A stretch of 64,000 bases of DNA from the human T2T-CHM13v2.0 reference genome, Homo sapiens, in NCBI RefSeq assembly GCF_009914755.1, contig NC_060947.1. The stretch is one strand, 5' to 3'. A program made the translations under genes and the position numbers. Position 1 is the first letter of the stretch. Each line of letters opens with the position of its first letter. Of the stretch, positions 40,250 to 56,258 are shown piece by piece. The notes under the pieces were generated by a model. It had not been told where the DNA came from. It saw only the letters and a program-made list of their open reading frames with translations, and did no database searches.

Positions 40250-40617
40250 TTTTTTTATTACTTAACTTGTATTTTAAGTACAGGTGTACAAGTGCAGGTT
40301 TGCTATATAGGTGAACTTCTGTCATAGGGATTTGTTGTCACCCAGGTACTAAGCCTGGTAGCCATTAGTTGTTTTTCCTGATCCTCTCCCTCCTCCCACT
40401 CTTCACCCACCAAAAGGACCTAGTGTCCGTTGTTCCCCTCTATGTGTCCATGAATTCTCATCATTTAGCTCCCACTTGTAAGTGAGAACATGCAGTATTT
40501 TGTTTTCTGTTCCTGCATTAGTTTGTTAAGGATAATGGCCTCCAGCTCCATTCATGATCCCACAAAGGACATGATCTGGTTCTGAATTCAGTCTATCATT
40601 GATGGGCATTTAGGTTG
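40250..40617 (-). mobile_element. L1PA13-like 3' fragment (resumes at 41299-41311)
   Basis: ACAAGTGCAGGTTTG..ATATAGGTGAACT...TTTCCTGATCCTCTCCCTCCTCCCAC...ATTTAGCTCCCACTT. Confidence 0.85.
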
Positions 40618-41298
<681 letters not shown>

Positions 41299-41964
41299 GG
41301 TTGATTCCATGGATGCCCCGTATTTCCTGCATCTTCTGCCTTCCTCCAGCTTTGGTACCTCTCTCCCTATAGAGCATCTTTGAGTAGTTCCAACAGTGAG
41401 TCGAAGTAAGTGGAAAACACTCTGGCTCCAAAGTGGTGCATTTATTTCCTGCTTACTCCGGAAGAGCCGGAAGAGCCGAGCTCAGTGTAGAGCTGTCCGC
41501 AGTCAGGAATTCCCCTTGAGGGCTCTGAAGACCTTTTCCCATTGTTCCCAGGGCCCTCCCAACCCTGCTGGAGTGTCTTCTCCAGGTCATGCAGGGTGTC
41601 TGGGGGCCACCTGTCTGGCTATTTAAAGGATTTTTCTTTGTTTTGGGGGCTCCCATATTTTTCCTGAGTATTGTGTATTGGCTTTTACTTATACTCTTTT
41701 ACTGGAAGAAAGAAATTCTGTGGAGGAGCTGAGAAAATAATCAACCATTGTTTGTTTAAATATGGCTGAGCCCTGTCCTCTCCAAACAGCCTTTAGGGGC
41801 ATTGAGTAAAAGTTTTGGCGACACCACCTCCTTTGTTCTGCGGCTTTGAAACTCATTTTCAATTTGCCATGTCAGAACTTCTTGGAGCTTGGAATTATCT
41901 CCTGGCCTCTGAATTGCTTTTTTGGTTCAAGTAATCCTTTGGGTTATTTGGTTATTTCAACAAA

Positions 41965-42565
41965 TATGTGTGTGTGTACACAAAAATATATACACACAGA
42001 CACACACGTGTATTTGTAAATATACATGTGCATAAGTGTATATATACTCATATGTTTATTTGATCATTTAAATATATATATATGTTTACAAACATATAGG
42101 TATGTGTACATATCTACACGTGTATTTCTAAGTATATATGTATATATGTGTATATGTACATATGTATATATATACTTGTATGATATGCTTATATAAGTAT
42201 ATATACATATATTTACAAATACATGTATTTGTACATTTAGACATATCAGTATTTGTAAATATATGTGTATATATACTTACATGATCTATATATTTAGAAA
42301 TACATATGTATGTTTACATATATACATATATGTGTATTTGTAAGCATGTGTACATATGTTAATACTTATGTTTATATGCTTATGTAAATATATATGCCTG
42401 CATATTTACAAATATGTATGTATATGCATTATACAAATATGTGTATTTGTCAGTATGTATGTACATATGTGTTTATACTGATATATTTATATAAGTATAC
42501 ATACATATAATTTATAAATACATATGTGTATATACATATATACCTATATATTTACAAATACACTT
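41965..42565. repeat. (TA)/(TATG)-rich low-complexity tract
   Basis: 600 bp of TATA/TACA/TGTA variants. Confidence 0.9.
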
Positions 42566-42589
42566 GATTATTTTAAAAATCCCACTGTT

Positions 42590-42885
42590 CTTTATTATTT
42601 ATTATTTCAATTAACAAATTTAAAAGATACATATTTATGGGATACAACATGATGTTTTGATATATGCACACACTGTGGAACGGCTACATCAAGCCAAGAA
42701 ATACATTCATCACCTTTCATACTTATCATTCAAGGGAAGGGTGGAAATCTTTAAAGGGTGTTCCTGTAGCAATTTCCAAATGTACCATGCATCGTTATTA
42801 ACTAGCATCCCCATGTTGTATAACAGATCTCCTGAACGTATTCTTCCTATAACTGAAATGTTGTGTTCTTTGCATATCTCCCCTT
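42590..42885 (-). mobile_element. L1MA8/9-like 3' end
   Basis: ATATTTATGGGATACAACATGATGTTTTGATATATG...CCATGTTGTATAACAGATCTCCTGAAC. Confidence 0.75.
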
Positions 42886-43249
42886 TTCAATATTTTTTCC
42901 CCAGAGGACTTTGTCTCTGTTTTCATTGTGAACTCAGCATCTTTTCATGTTTCAATTCCTTCCAGATTAGGGGTTTCACCTTCTGCTGCAGACTGCTGCC
43001 CAATCAGCTGACGTTCTCTGGGGACACACCTGCCCTTTGCTGAGGCTGTGGATGGGAACTCATTGTGAGATTTTTTTGCCATGTGTGGATGGGCTCTGCA
43101 AGGTTGCAAGAAACAAAGTCAAAAAATGGGTACAAGGCTCACATGTTTTTCACGTTTGAAAAAGCAAGTTTCAATTTTTTAAATTTTCTTATTGATGTAT
43201 AATGATTAAGTCAGAGTATTTGGGGTATCCATCACCTGGAGTATTTTTT

Positions 43250-43568
43250 ATTTCTTTTTTTTTTTTTTTTTTTTTTTTTTTGAGACAGGGTCTCACTTTG
43301 TTGCCCAAGCTGGAGTGCAGTGGTTCAATCACAGCTCACTGCAGCCTCTACCTCCTGGGCTCAAGTGATCCTCTTGCCTCAGCCTCCTGAGTAGCTGGAA
43401 CTGCAGATGTGCACCACCACACCCAGCTAATTTTAAAAAGAATTTTTTGTAAAGATGAGGGTCTTGCTCTGTTGCTCAGGCTGGTCTTGAATTCCTGGGT
43501 TCAAGGGATCTTCCCATGTCAGCCTCCCAAATGGCTGGGATTACAGGTGTGGGCCACTGGGCCCAGCC
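43250..43568 (-). mobile_element. AluJ inside an L1MA fragment (~43180-43650)
   Basis: Poly(T) then antisense Alu; flanks GGGGTATCCATCACCT and CTACTTTGAAATATACAATA are L1MA 3'UTR. Confidence 0.9.
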
Positions 43569-43709
43569 CTGTGTTGGTAACATATCATCTCCCCTTCCAG
43601 CTACTTTGAAATATACAATATATTATTGCTAAATACAGTCACCCCACTCTGCAAGACAGATGCCTCTTGTTTTTACTCATATGTGGTAACTTTAAAAATT
43701 GACCTCATG

Positions 43710-43829
43710 ATGGGAGGATCACTTAAGCCTTGGGGAGGTCGAGGTTGCAGTGAGCTGTGATTGTGCCACTGCCCTCCAGCCTGGGCGACAGAGCAAGACC
43801 CTGTCTCAAAAAAAAAAAAAAAAAAAAAA
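43710..43829 (+). mobile_element. 5'-truncated AluJ right arm inside L1MA 3'UTR (~43655-43925, +)
   Basis: TGGGAGGATCACTT...poly(A); TSD TGACCTCATG on both sides. Confidence 0.88.
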
Positions 43830-45155
43830 TGACCTCATGGAGATAGAGAGCAGTATGATAGGTTCCAGAGGCTGGAAAGGGTGTGTGGGTGGGAGGCAGA
43901 ATAAAGAAAGGTTGGTGAGTATAAGCCCCAGTGTTTGATAAAATAATTTTTTTAGAATTATCCCAATTCCAGGAATTTGTGGAAAGGGGGCAAAATCCTC
44001 ACCATTCTACCAGTGCTTGGATGTCCGCCTGGGCTGAACCATGAGAGACCAAGCTCAGGCACTTTGGTTGAGCTTGGCCAGGGGGATACCTCGTCCCTGG
44101 AATTTGCAGACATGACCCCAGTTGTGTTCCAGCAAACTGCCCAGATATCTGCAGACCTTACTGCTCCAGATCCTGACTTCTTTCCAGTTCCGCTCTGGGC
44201 CAGACCTGTTGCAAATATGCAGGATGGACCCTAAGAAAATGTCACTAAACTGAGAGGCGATCCTTCAAATACAAAGCAACCTCTCCAGTAGGAATGCTGT
44301 GCTGAATTCATGAACATCTCTAAGTTCTTAGAGCATCAGAAAATCTGCACTAAAATTCATCTGTCCTCCTCAGGAATGGCAGTGAAGGGCTAATGCTTTC
44401 ATTTGACTTCTCCAGAACTGAGCTGAGCAATTGCATGGTCCAGGCTGTGACAACTGTCACATGGAGAATGGTGGCAGCCCAAGGGATACATAGAGAAACT
44501 AAATGTGGAGTGGAGATATTCTTGAAGACAGAGCCAGCCCTAATACACATATCCCAGACATGAGCAATTCACACCACAGCAAGGGCTCCAGCATGAATGT
44601 GGCTTTAGAATGAATCCGTGGGCACGTGGTTGGTGCCAGCCCCTTTGTTTGGTGCCATCACATCCATGCTTCTCAGGCACATTCTGTGTTTGCTGCTGCT
44701 GCAGATCCCACTCACCAAACAGATCCACATTCAAATGAACATATGAGGTCCCCACGCCCTCCACCCCATCAAGACTGAAGCTCTTACTCCAAAGACATTG
44801 AACACCCCTGGTCCCAGGTAATTTCCGCTGCTGCATCTTGCACAACCCAAAGAGGTGTAAGCCAAGACTTGATTGTGGAACCTAAGAGGGAAGACAAGCT
44901 CTTCATGATAACCTGCCTACCACCACCAGCTCTAGGTCCACAGGGCTGATGCCCCATAAGGGAATGGAGCTCATGAATGTGTATTGTACCTTCCGGGTGT
45001 TTTGCTGCCTTGCACGTCAAGCTCTGCAGCCTTCCAGATCCCCTTGTTCTCTGACTGAGAAAGGGAAAAGGAAGCGATTGAACATTCCTGCAGTGATATT
45101 ACTACAGTCTGAATGTCTGTGTCCTCTCCCAAATGCACATGTTGCAATTGAATCC

Positions 45156-45677
45156 TGTGATGGTTAATAGTGAGTGTCAACTTGATTGGATTGAAGGATG
45201 CAAAGTATTGTTCTGGGTATGGCTGTGAGTCAGTGGACTGAGAGAGGCAGACCTACCATCAATCTGGGTGGGCACAATTTAATCAGACCACCAGTACAGC
45301 CAGAATAAAAGTAGGCAGAGGAATGTGGAAAGACTAGGCTGGCTGAGTCTTCTGGCTGCCATCTTTCTCTTGTGCTGGGTGCTTCCTGCCCTCAAACATC
45401 AGACTCCAAGTTCTTCAGCTTTTGGACTCTTGGACTTAACACCAGTGGTTTGCCAGGCGCTTTCAGGCCTTCGGCAACAGACTGAAGGCTGCACCATTGG
45501 CTACCCTACTTTTGGGGGTTTGGGACTTGAACTGGCTTTTTTGCTCCTCAGCTTGCAGATAACCTTTTGTGGGACTTCACCTTGTGATCAGGTAAGTCAA
45601 CACTTTTTAATAAACTCCCTTTCATAGACACATCTATCCTATTAGTCTTGTCCCTCTAGAGAACCCTGACTAATACA
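45156..45677 (+). mobile_element. MLT2A2-like (HERV-L) solo LTR
   Basis: TGTGATGGTTAATAGTGAGTGTCAACTTGATTGGATTGAAGGATGCAAAG...CTAGAGAACCCTGACTAATACA; TSD AATCC/AATCT. Confidence 0.9.
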
Positions 45678-45922
45678 AATCTGCAATGTGATAGTATGGA
45701 AAGGTGAAGCCTATGAGAAGGGGTTAAATCATGAGGCCTCCAGCCTTATGAATGGGATTAGCGCCCTTATAAAAGAGACTGCCTTCCACAGTGTAAAGAT
45801 GCAGCAAGAAAGCACAATCTTGGAAGCAGAGAGTGACACTAAATCTGCCATGCCTTGACCTTGGACTTCCAGCCTCCAGAGCTGTGAGCAATAAATGCCT
45901 GTTGTTTGTAAGCCACCCAGGC

Positions 45923-46283
45923 TGTATTAGTCTGCTGTCATGCTGCTAATAAAGACATATCCAAACCTAGGTAATTTATGAAGGAAAGAGGTTTAATTGA
46001 CTTATAGCTCCACATGGCTGGGGAGGCCTCACAATCATGATGAAAGAGCAAGGGACATCTTACATGGCTGCAGACAAGAAGTAAGCTTGAGCAGGGAAAC
46101 TCCTCCTTATATAAGCATCAGATATTGTAAGACTTATTCACTACCATGAGAACAGCACAGGAAAGACCCACCCCCATGATTCAATTACCTCCTGCCCCAC
46201 CGGGTCTTTCCCATGACACATGGGAATTGTGGGAGCTCCAATTCAAGATGAGAATTGGGTGGGGACACAGCCAAAGCATATTA
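45923..46283 (-). mobile_element. THE1C-like solo LTR
   Basis: TGTATTAGTC...GCTAATAAAGACATA...GGGTGGGGACACAGCCAAA; TSD CAGGC/TAGGC. Confidence 0.9.
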
Positions 46284-46587
46284 TAGGCTAAGGCATTTTG
46301 TTATAGCAGCCAGAACAGACTAAGACAGATATCAAACCCAAAGTCAATGCCATCCCCTATAAGCACAAGTGTTGGAGCAATCTCTTGCAAACATTTATCT
46401 GAGCTCAGCTGGCTCTGAGAAGTGGGATTTTTTGCCTCATTCATTGGGTCCTAAAGCCTGTCATCAAGCATGGCAGTGTATGTGGTTATATTAGAAGGAC
46501 AACATGGTAGATCTTGTGGTGATGGAAATGTTCTGTTCCTTGACCGTACCAAGGTCAATATCCTGGTGTGAGATTGTACTGTAGTTT

Positions 46588-47432
<845 letters not shown>

Positions 47433-48808
47433 TCCCTGTGTTATTTCTTACAACTATGTGTAAACCTAAAACTATCTCAAATTTAAAAGGTTAATTTTTT
47501 AAAGTTCTTAAAAGTTTCGAAGATTAAAGAAATGTATGGATCAGTTCACTGCATCTTGGTCTCAATATACACAAAGATATTCGACATTTTTTTCCTCTAT
47601 AAATGCTGGCTTTCAAGCCAACTATCTTGAAAGGGATTCAAACAAAAACATAATAATAATTCGAGAGTCAAAGCAGAGGAATATTGCTTTTTTCTAAGGG
47701 AGTGTCCACCCATCTCTTGAAGCTCTGGAATTCTTTGCCTCCATGCATTCTAAGGCCCGAGAGAAAGAGCATTCATAGGGTATGAAAAAGCATCTGAATA
47801 TATTTCTATATAAACTGCTTCTCATCACAAATATGTGTGATGCAACATCCCTGTGGTCAAACACTTCTCAGTCTTCGTGGAGTAGAGAACGCACAACTAA
47901 TTAAGCTGGGAATCACAAAACAATGTGATCTGAGCAATGCTGAAGTTATATCCTGGAGATTTTATAGAGTTCTTTTAGGAATTATCTCACATTGGCCTTT
48001 GATCAACAGAAAGGAGAGAGATGGCTGAGAAATTGCCTATGGAATGCAATTTAGGATGAGTATGATCTTGCATGGGGATTCAAGACATCAAGGCCCAAGT
48101 GTTTTGGTCTAAAGTATTCCATGCATTAAAGGTGAATGTGTCGTCATCATCAAAATGTTGAATCCCTTGGGCAGATGGTGCAGATGAGGAGCAATTGGTG
48201 GCCCTCTCTCTCTGCTGTTGAGCATCCTTTAGTAATTAACTTGATAGGGGCCATGTTACTCAATCCTTGTCAAGGATGTTAACTCTGGAATAATGTACAG
48301 GCTTTGCAAGTGTTCTCTTCAATGCTAGAGGATTTAGCATATCCAATGCATTTGTTCTAGAAAATGATTCTTTTTATGCACACGTGTATGTTTGGTTTGG
48401 CTTTGTTCGAGTCAGCTATGCCTCTTTGTCCTTCCAGTAGAGTAGAAATTATTCTGGAAAACCAATTTGCTAGTTCTTAAATATTTTCAGAATCTTCCAT
48501 CTTCCCTTGAAAGTGATGTATATGTCACTTCACTCATGAAATGCTCCCCTTAAAGAATGGATTCTGGACATTCTGAGGCCAGGGGTTCTCCTTTCAAGGA
48601 GGATGTTTACAAAACATTTAATGCCAATTCAACCTCCATGACCACAGATTTTTAATAGAGCTGGGTTAAGTGTGTTTTCTCGTGGAATCATGCATCTGAG
48701 GGAATTGGGAGCAGAGAAACATGCAACTGGAGAATCATTAACTCAGTGACAACTGGAGCATATTTTTAAGTAGTGGAAAATTACATAACACTACATTTCT
48801 CAAAAATG

Positions 48809-49992
<1,184 letters not shown>

Positions 49993-50425
49993 TGTCTCAC
50001 GTGTCCGTGTGAAGAGACCACCAAACAGGCTTTGTGTGAGCAACATGGCTGTTTATTTCACCTGGGTGCAGGCGGGCTGAGTCCGAAAAAGGAGTTGGCA
50101 AAGGGTGGTGGGATTATCATTAGTTCTTATAGGTTTTGGGATAGGCAGTGGAGTTTGGAGCAATGTTTTGCAGGCAGGGGGTGGATCTCACAAAGTACAT
50201 TCTCAAGGGTGGGGAGAATTATAAAGAACCTTCTTAAGGGTGGGGGAGATTACAAAGTACATTGATCAGTTAGGGTGGGGCAGAAACAAATTACAATGGT
50301 GGAATGTCATCAGTTAAGGCTATTTTCACTTCTTTTGTGGATCTTCAGTTGCTTCAGGCCATCTGGATGTATACGTGCAGGTCACTGGGGTTATGATGGC
50401 TTAGCTTGGGCTCAGAGGCCTGACA
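49993..50425 (-). mobile_element. HERV-H 5' LTR (LTR7B-like)
   Basis: Minus strand TGTCAGGCCTCTGAGCCCAAGCTAAGCCATCA...GCCTGCACCCAGGTGAAATAAACAGC...GGTGGTCTCTTCACACGGAC. Confidence 0.92.
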
Positions 50426-50829
50426 GTTTTATTGTTTCCTCTATACTCCTATTCCCCCAAATCCCATAACGTATCACCTTGCATTATTGATCAACAAGAT
50501 CAATCTCAATCAATGAGCAAGATTGGCTATTATGTAACAATGGCAGCAAATAATTGTGTTCAAATGTGGGTTTGTATGTAGAAAAATTGGTAGGGCTAGA
50601 GATTTAGGTTTACAAGTTATCCTGTTAGAAGTGATATTGAAGTCATTTTGGAAGAAAACATTGTGAAGTAAGCCCATTTAGGGAAGATGGAAAAAAGGTG
50701 ATTAAAGTCAGGAATGCTTTTATGAGCAATAAGTACTAAAAGCAAATTAGGAAAACAGGGTATTAAGAAGCATTCCATGGCATGATTGCTAGTAAAATAG
50801 AGAAGAGTGAACTTCTGGGTGTAACTCTA

Positions 50830-51196
<367 letters not shown>

Positions 51197-51278
51197 ATCA
51201 AGTAAAAACTCATAGGAACAGATGATGAAATCATAGAATGGAAATGGAAGGTTTAAAGAGAATGACACCTCAGCTTTC

Positions 51279-51973
51279 TGAAACTGCCTTTGCAAAAATT
51301 ATATCAGTGAAAAAAATTACGGCAGTGGGGGAGATCTGATCTAGCCAACCCGCCTCATGCCTTTAGCCTCCAACCTGCAAGACATTTAGCTTATAGTTTA
51401 AGTGATAATAGGACTTCCGCAAAACTCAACCGCCTCTGTAAAGCTAATGAGAGACCACCAGGCTAGGCCAGAGAAGTCTGAATTCTGCTAAAGTGCAGAC
51501 ATAAATGGTTGGCAGCCATTATTCCAGAGGTCACAAGCTATGCAACTTCCCCAATTACTCCTGCAGATAACATCACCATTGCAGAACCAAAGGACTGGAC
51601 TTTTGAGATGTCTTTTCAGGTGTTTTTGCATGTCTGACACCCATGGCAACACCTGAACCCACCAACTGAGGGCTCCACACTCCTGTAGCCCCACCCAGGA
51701 GCAACTCAGCCCGGGAGGACAGCTTCAGCTCCCTATGATTTCATCTCTGACACAACCAATCAGCAGCAGGCACCTATTGCCTAGCCACCCAGACTCCTTC
51801 CCCAAACTACCTTTAAAAAACCCTAGCCTCCAATTTTTCAGTAATAACTTTGTCTCCCATGTGGCATGGTTAACTTTGTGTCTATTAAGCTCTTGCTTTA
51901 TTTCAATGTCATGGTCTCGGCAAATTGGTTTTGTCTGTGCAGGGGGTCAGAAAGAACCCATCATGCAGTTACA
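51279..51973 (+). mobile_element. LTR8 (LTR8B-like) ERV1 solo LTR
   Basis: TGAAACTGCCTTTGCAAAAATTAT...GGGGAGATCTGATCTAGCCAACCC...AAAGCTAATGAGAGACCACCAGGCTAGG...GTTACA. Confidence 0.82.
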
Positions 51974-52069
51974 TCTCCACTTGACAAATATTTATTTCCC
52001 TGAGTCCTCATTGAGTCCTGAGGCTGAGATTGTGATGTATTAGAAGCCACGCTCTGTTTAACACCCTTA

Positions 52070-52238
52070 CACATATAATCCAGCCATCCCACTTCTGGGT
52101 ACAGATCCAAAATAATTGAAATGAGTGTGTTGAAGAGATATCTGCACTCTCATGTTCACTGAAGCATTATTTACAATAGGTGAGATGTGGACACCACGCC
52201 AATGTCCATGTGCAGATGAATGGATAAAGAAAATGTGC
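52070..52238 (+). mobile_element. L1M ORF2-end fragment
   Basis: ATCCAGCCATCCCACTTCTGGGT...GAAGAGATATCTGCACTC...GATGAATGGATAAAGAAAATGTG. Confidence 0.8.
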
Positions 52239-52240
52239 TT

Positions 52241-52675
52241 GTCCAGCCCTGGTGGCTCATGCCTGTAATCCCAGAACTTTCAGAGGCCAGGGCAGGAGGA
52301 TCACCTGAGGCCAGGTGTTCGAGAGCAGCCTGGGCAACACAGCTAGACCCCATCTCTTAAAAAAAAGTTTTTAAATGAGTTGGGCATCATGGCATGTGCT
52401 TGTAGTCCCCAGTTACTCAGGAGGCAAAAGTGGGAGTATATTGCTTGAGCCCAGGAATTCAACACTGCAGTGAGTTATGATCATGCCACGGCACTCCAGC
52501 CTGGGCAACAGAGCAAGACCTTGTCTCTAAAAAATGAAGAAGATGAGGAAGAAGGAAGAATAAGAAGGAGGAGGAGGAGAAGGAGAAGAAGAAGAGGAGG
52601 AGGAGGAGAAGAAGGAGGAGGAAAAGGAAGATGAGGAGGAGGGAAGAAAGAAGAAGGAGGAGGAGGAGGAGGAAA
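52241..52675 (+). mobile_element. AluJ with tail expanded into a (GAA)/(GAG) purine tract (52536-52675)
   Basis: Diverged Alu followed by GAAGAA/GGAGGA repeats. Confidence 0.88.
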
Positions 52676-53121
52676 GTAGAAAATCGAATGACCTACATAA
52701 AATTTGGAAGTGCAATGCTTTTTGGTAACCAAATATCTACCAAGGCCAAGCCGATTCTCACTATTCTACTTTGAGGGTACGTCATCTTGGAAAACTTATA
52801 GAACTTTGATTAGTCTCAGCTTCTTCATCCAAAACTCAAAGCCCTAATTTATCTTCTATAAAATGAGCAAAACGAGGGAAACTGTCACAGTTGGAAGAGG
52901 CAAGAGTTGAGACCATGCAGTAGAGATTCTTCAGTCCAGGTGAGCATCAATCACTCCCATGGTCACTTAAGGACGCCACCAATACACAGCCATTTCCACC
53001 CTAGTGAGCTTCTCTAATGCTACACTGCACAGCATCCACCATGCTCCTTCCAATTCAAGACACAGCTTCCAACCCCACTACATGGCTGTCTTCCTGCACC
53101 TTGTCACTCCATTTTCCTTCT

Positions 53122-53583
53122 CTTCTTTTTTCTTTCCAACTTTTATTTTAGGCTCAGAATGTCCACGTGCACGTTTGTTACATGGGTAAATTGCATGTCG
53201 AGGGGGTTTGGTGTACAGATTATTTCATCATCCAGGTAGGAAGCATAGTACCCAGTAGGTAGTTTTTCAATCCTCTCCCTCCTTCCCGCATGCACCCTCA
53301 AGTAGCCCCCAGTGTCTGTCATTCCCAACTTTATGTCCATGAGTACCCAAGGTTTAGCTCCTACTTAGAAGTGAAAACAAGCAGTACTTGGTTTAGTGTT
53401 CCTACATTGATTCACTCAGGATAACGGCCTCTAGCTGCATCCATGTTGCCGCAAAGCACATGATTTCATTCTTTTTCATGGCTGCATAGTATTCCAGGGT
53501 GTCTATGTACCACATTTTCTGTATCCAGTCCACCACTGATGGGCATCTAGGTTGATTCCATGTTTTTGCCATTGTGAATAGTG
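53122..53583 (-). mobile_element. L1PA15/16-like 3' end
   Basis: CAACTTTTATTTTAGG...TTGTTACATGGGTAAATTGCATGTC; ORF 53402..53605 (LFTMAKTWNQPRCPS...WIQKMWYI..EYYAA) matches the ORF2p C-terminus. Confidence 0.88.
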
Positions 53584-56123
53584 TCACTCCGTTTTCCACC
53601 CTCAAATATGACTATGAATTTATGCTATTGTGCCCCTCCCATTCCACTATAATGTTTTTTTTTTCTTTCCATTGCTCACCTAGAGCAAAATCATTTTCCC
53701 TCTCTCCTCCACGGCCCCATCTTCCCATGGTCTTTCAGCACACCGTTTCCATCCACAGTGAGGTCAGGAGGAGGTAGTTACCATGACTCCTTGCTGATGT
53801 TTATGCCTCTGCTTTTGTAATAAAGCACATCATTGGAAGTCCATGTCTTCCAATCATGCCACATTCTACAGTTCTTGTTTGCCTCACAAACAACTGCTCG
53901 CTGTCAGACTCCTGGAGCTTCAATCAACCCGTAAAGTGAAGGGGGCTGCTCTGCTGTGGCCCTTTCTCTATGGCAAAGAGCTCTGAGCTCTGAGCTGAAA
54001 ACATCTGGAGTTGCATATTTGACTGGGAGAGCCTATTGCAAAGTGACAACATTGCAGTGAAAGGAAAACAGGGACATCACACCTCATTTCTCATGTGGAT
54101 GGAAATCTGGACTCTCGTAGAAGCTGAAGAGTGGAATACTCTTGGCTAGCTCCTAGAGCCTAGCTTTTACCTCAGACCAAAGATCCACAGCAAAACGTTC
54201 TGTTTGCTTTCTATTCCTTGCTTTGACAGATTTCCAGAAGGAGCTTTTTCATTGAGTAAATGCGGACAATAAATTTCTCATCAAAGGCAAAATGGGTTTT
54301 GTGACTATTACCCGTGTTTTCTCTAGTTTGCATCAAATAAACCAGGTTTCCGATGGCCATTAATTTTCCCAGAATAGAGACACTCATATAGTTGCTGGTT
54401 ATAGTGAAAAGGAAAAAAAAGCCCCATTATTCAGGATTTTTACAGTCAAATCTCTGTTCATTTTACCACTAACGGTACGCCATAATCTCAGTGTATGGTA
54501 GTATTATTTTCACTATACTGGAAAGTGGAAAATTACAGTGAGAAAACTGTGTTCTGCAGACATAAGAGGATTGCTCACTCAATTTCATGTGAGTTGCTTT
54601 CTAATAACATTGTAGGAGGCTATTTTGCTTCTGATCTATTCTATTCTCTTATGCCATGCTCTTCTAAGCACCTAAATTTCCGAACTGGAGTTTATGTTTA
54701 GGAAAATCTCTTGTAATGGAAAGAATAAAACTCTACTACCAAAAGCTAAGGAGTTCAATTATATATTCTTGTAGTATCAGCAATAATGACATCATCCCTT
54801 TGTATTTACTGGGCAGTGATACATCTTAACAATCTAAGTAAAACTAACAAAGTCAATCTAAGAAAATCTAACGAAGTAAAAACTGGATTTAGGGTAGTAA
54901 ACATAAGAAAGACCTGAGGATCATACAAAACTATCCCTTTGATCTTCCTTCTCCATCTTTCCCCACAGGAATGGCCAGAATTGCAAATGAGAATAAGAGC
55001 TATGCCTCCTTCCTCCCTCAACAGTAAAATGACGCAGAATAAATTTAACATGGAAGAAAAATGGAGATAAATGCATGACCTGGGATATTTTCCAGTGGAG
55101 CCACAAGAAGTCTTTCAAACCAGTGACAATGGAATAAATACAGTGCAGCCTATGCATTAGAGTAAATTGAAACTTTTCAATTAGGAGAATAGAAAGTTTG
55201 CCTTGCGGGTCAGAGCTTTAAATCTCTTTGTGTTATGCTGTGTTTTCCATTTTTGTACCATCTATAATATTTTGATTATTTGGATATAGAGGAAAATGTA
55301 ACCTCTTTTCTTAGCAAGAAATAGCATATAGCATCATACAACTCACTAAACAAATAAATCAACCTGTTTATTGCTTAAAAATGTATCACACAAATTCAGT
55401 TTCTGCTTTGTTATTGTAAGGCTGTTGAATGGATAAATAAAGCATGGTTGTATGTTAAAAAAAAAAAACAGAGAGGGAGTTGGAAGAAGTCCAACCACAA
55501 TTTCTTGTGCAAAATCTTACAGAAGCTGGGTTGAAGTGCTTTGTACCACTTCATTAGTATTTGTTGTAGACACTGTGATGCCAGGCCGTGGAGAAACCGA
55601 TGATCTGACAATTGTAAATCACTCAAATATGTACGTCCATAGAGCAACATGGATTTTAAGAGGTTGTCTATATTTCTAGGAGGAAATTTACTAACACATT
55701 CACCCAAATATTTAACTTAGTATGATACGTCATTTACTGTGCAAATGCCTGATTGAAACAGTATGGGGGAAAGCTGTTTTTATGGAGAAATAAGGAATAA
55801 GGAATTCACTGTTCGGTTTTTGTGTTTGGCCTGAATGTAACAGCCTTCACTCTCCTCTACCAGAACGTCTGCTGGCAAAAACACAATGGCAGCACTACTG
55901 AGAACAAGACCTAGACTTAACCTCACAGTTGGAGTTAAGGCGGCTTTTCCAACTGTAACTTCAATTTCTGCAAAGCAATCATTGATCTGAACTTCTTCTG
56001 TGATGGACATTTCTAAATGATATAAAGGTGGAAAAAAAATAGAAAACTTATAGGATAATCCTCATTAATTAAAGTGGTAGTTATTATTTGCTTTTCAATA
56101 TGTAAAATTTTCCCAGAACAATT

Positions 56124-56258
56124 TTTTTTTTTTTTAGTAGAGATAGAGGGGTTTCACTTTGTTGTCCAGGATGGTCTCGAACTCCTAGACTCAAGCAATC
56201 CTCCTGCTTTGGCTTTCCAAAGTGCTGGGATTACAGGGGTAAGACACCACGCCTGGTC
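56124..56258 (-). mobile_element. Free left Alu monomer (FLAM-like)
   Basis: Single left arm with its own poly(T); TSD CCAGAACAATT/CCAAAACAATT. Confidence 0.85.

Larger units (their letters stand above)
45098..46327 (+). mobile_element. MST/MLT1A-type LTR hosting two nested LTRs
   Basis: Three colinear pieces (45098-45155, 45678-45922, 46284-46327) ending GTTATAGCAGCC...ACTAAGACA. Confidence 0.8.
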
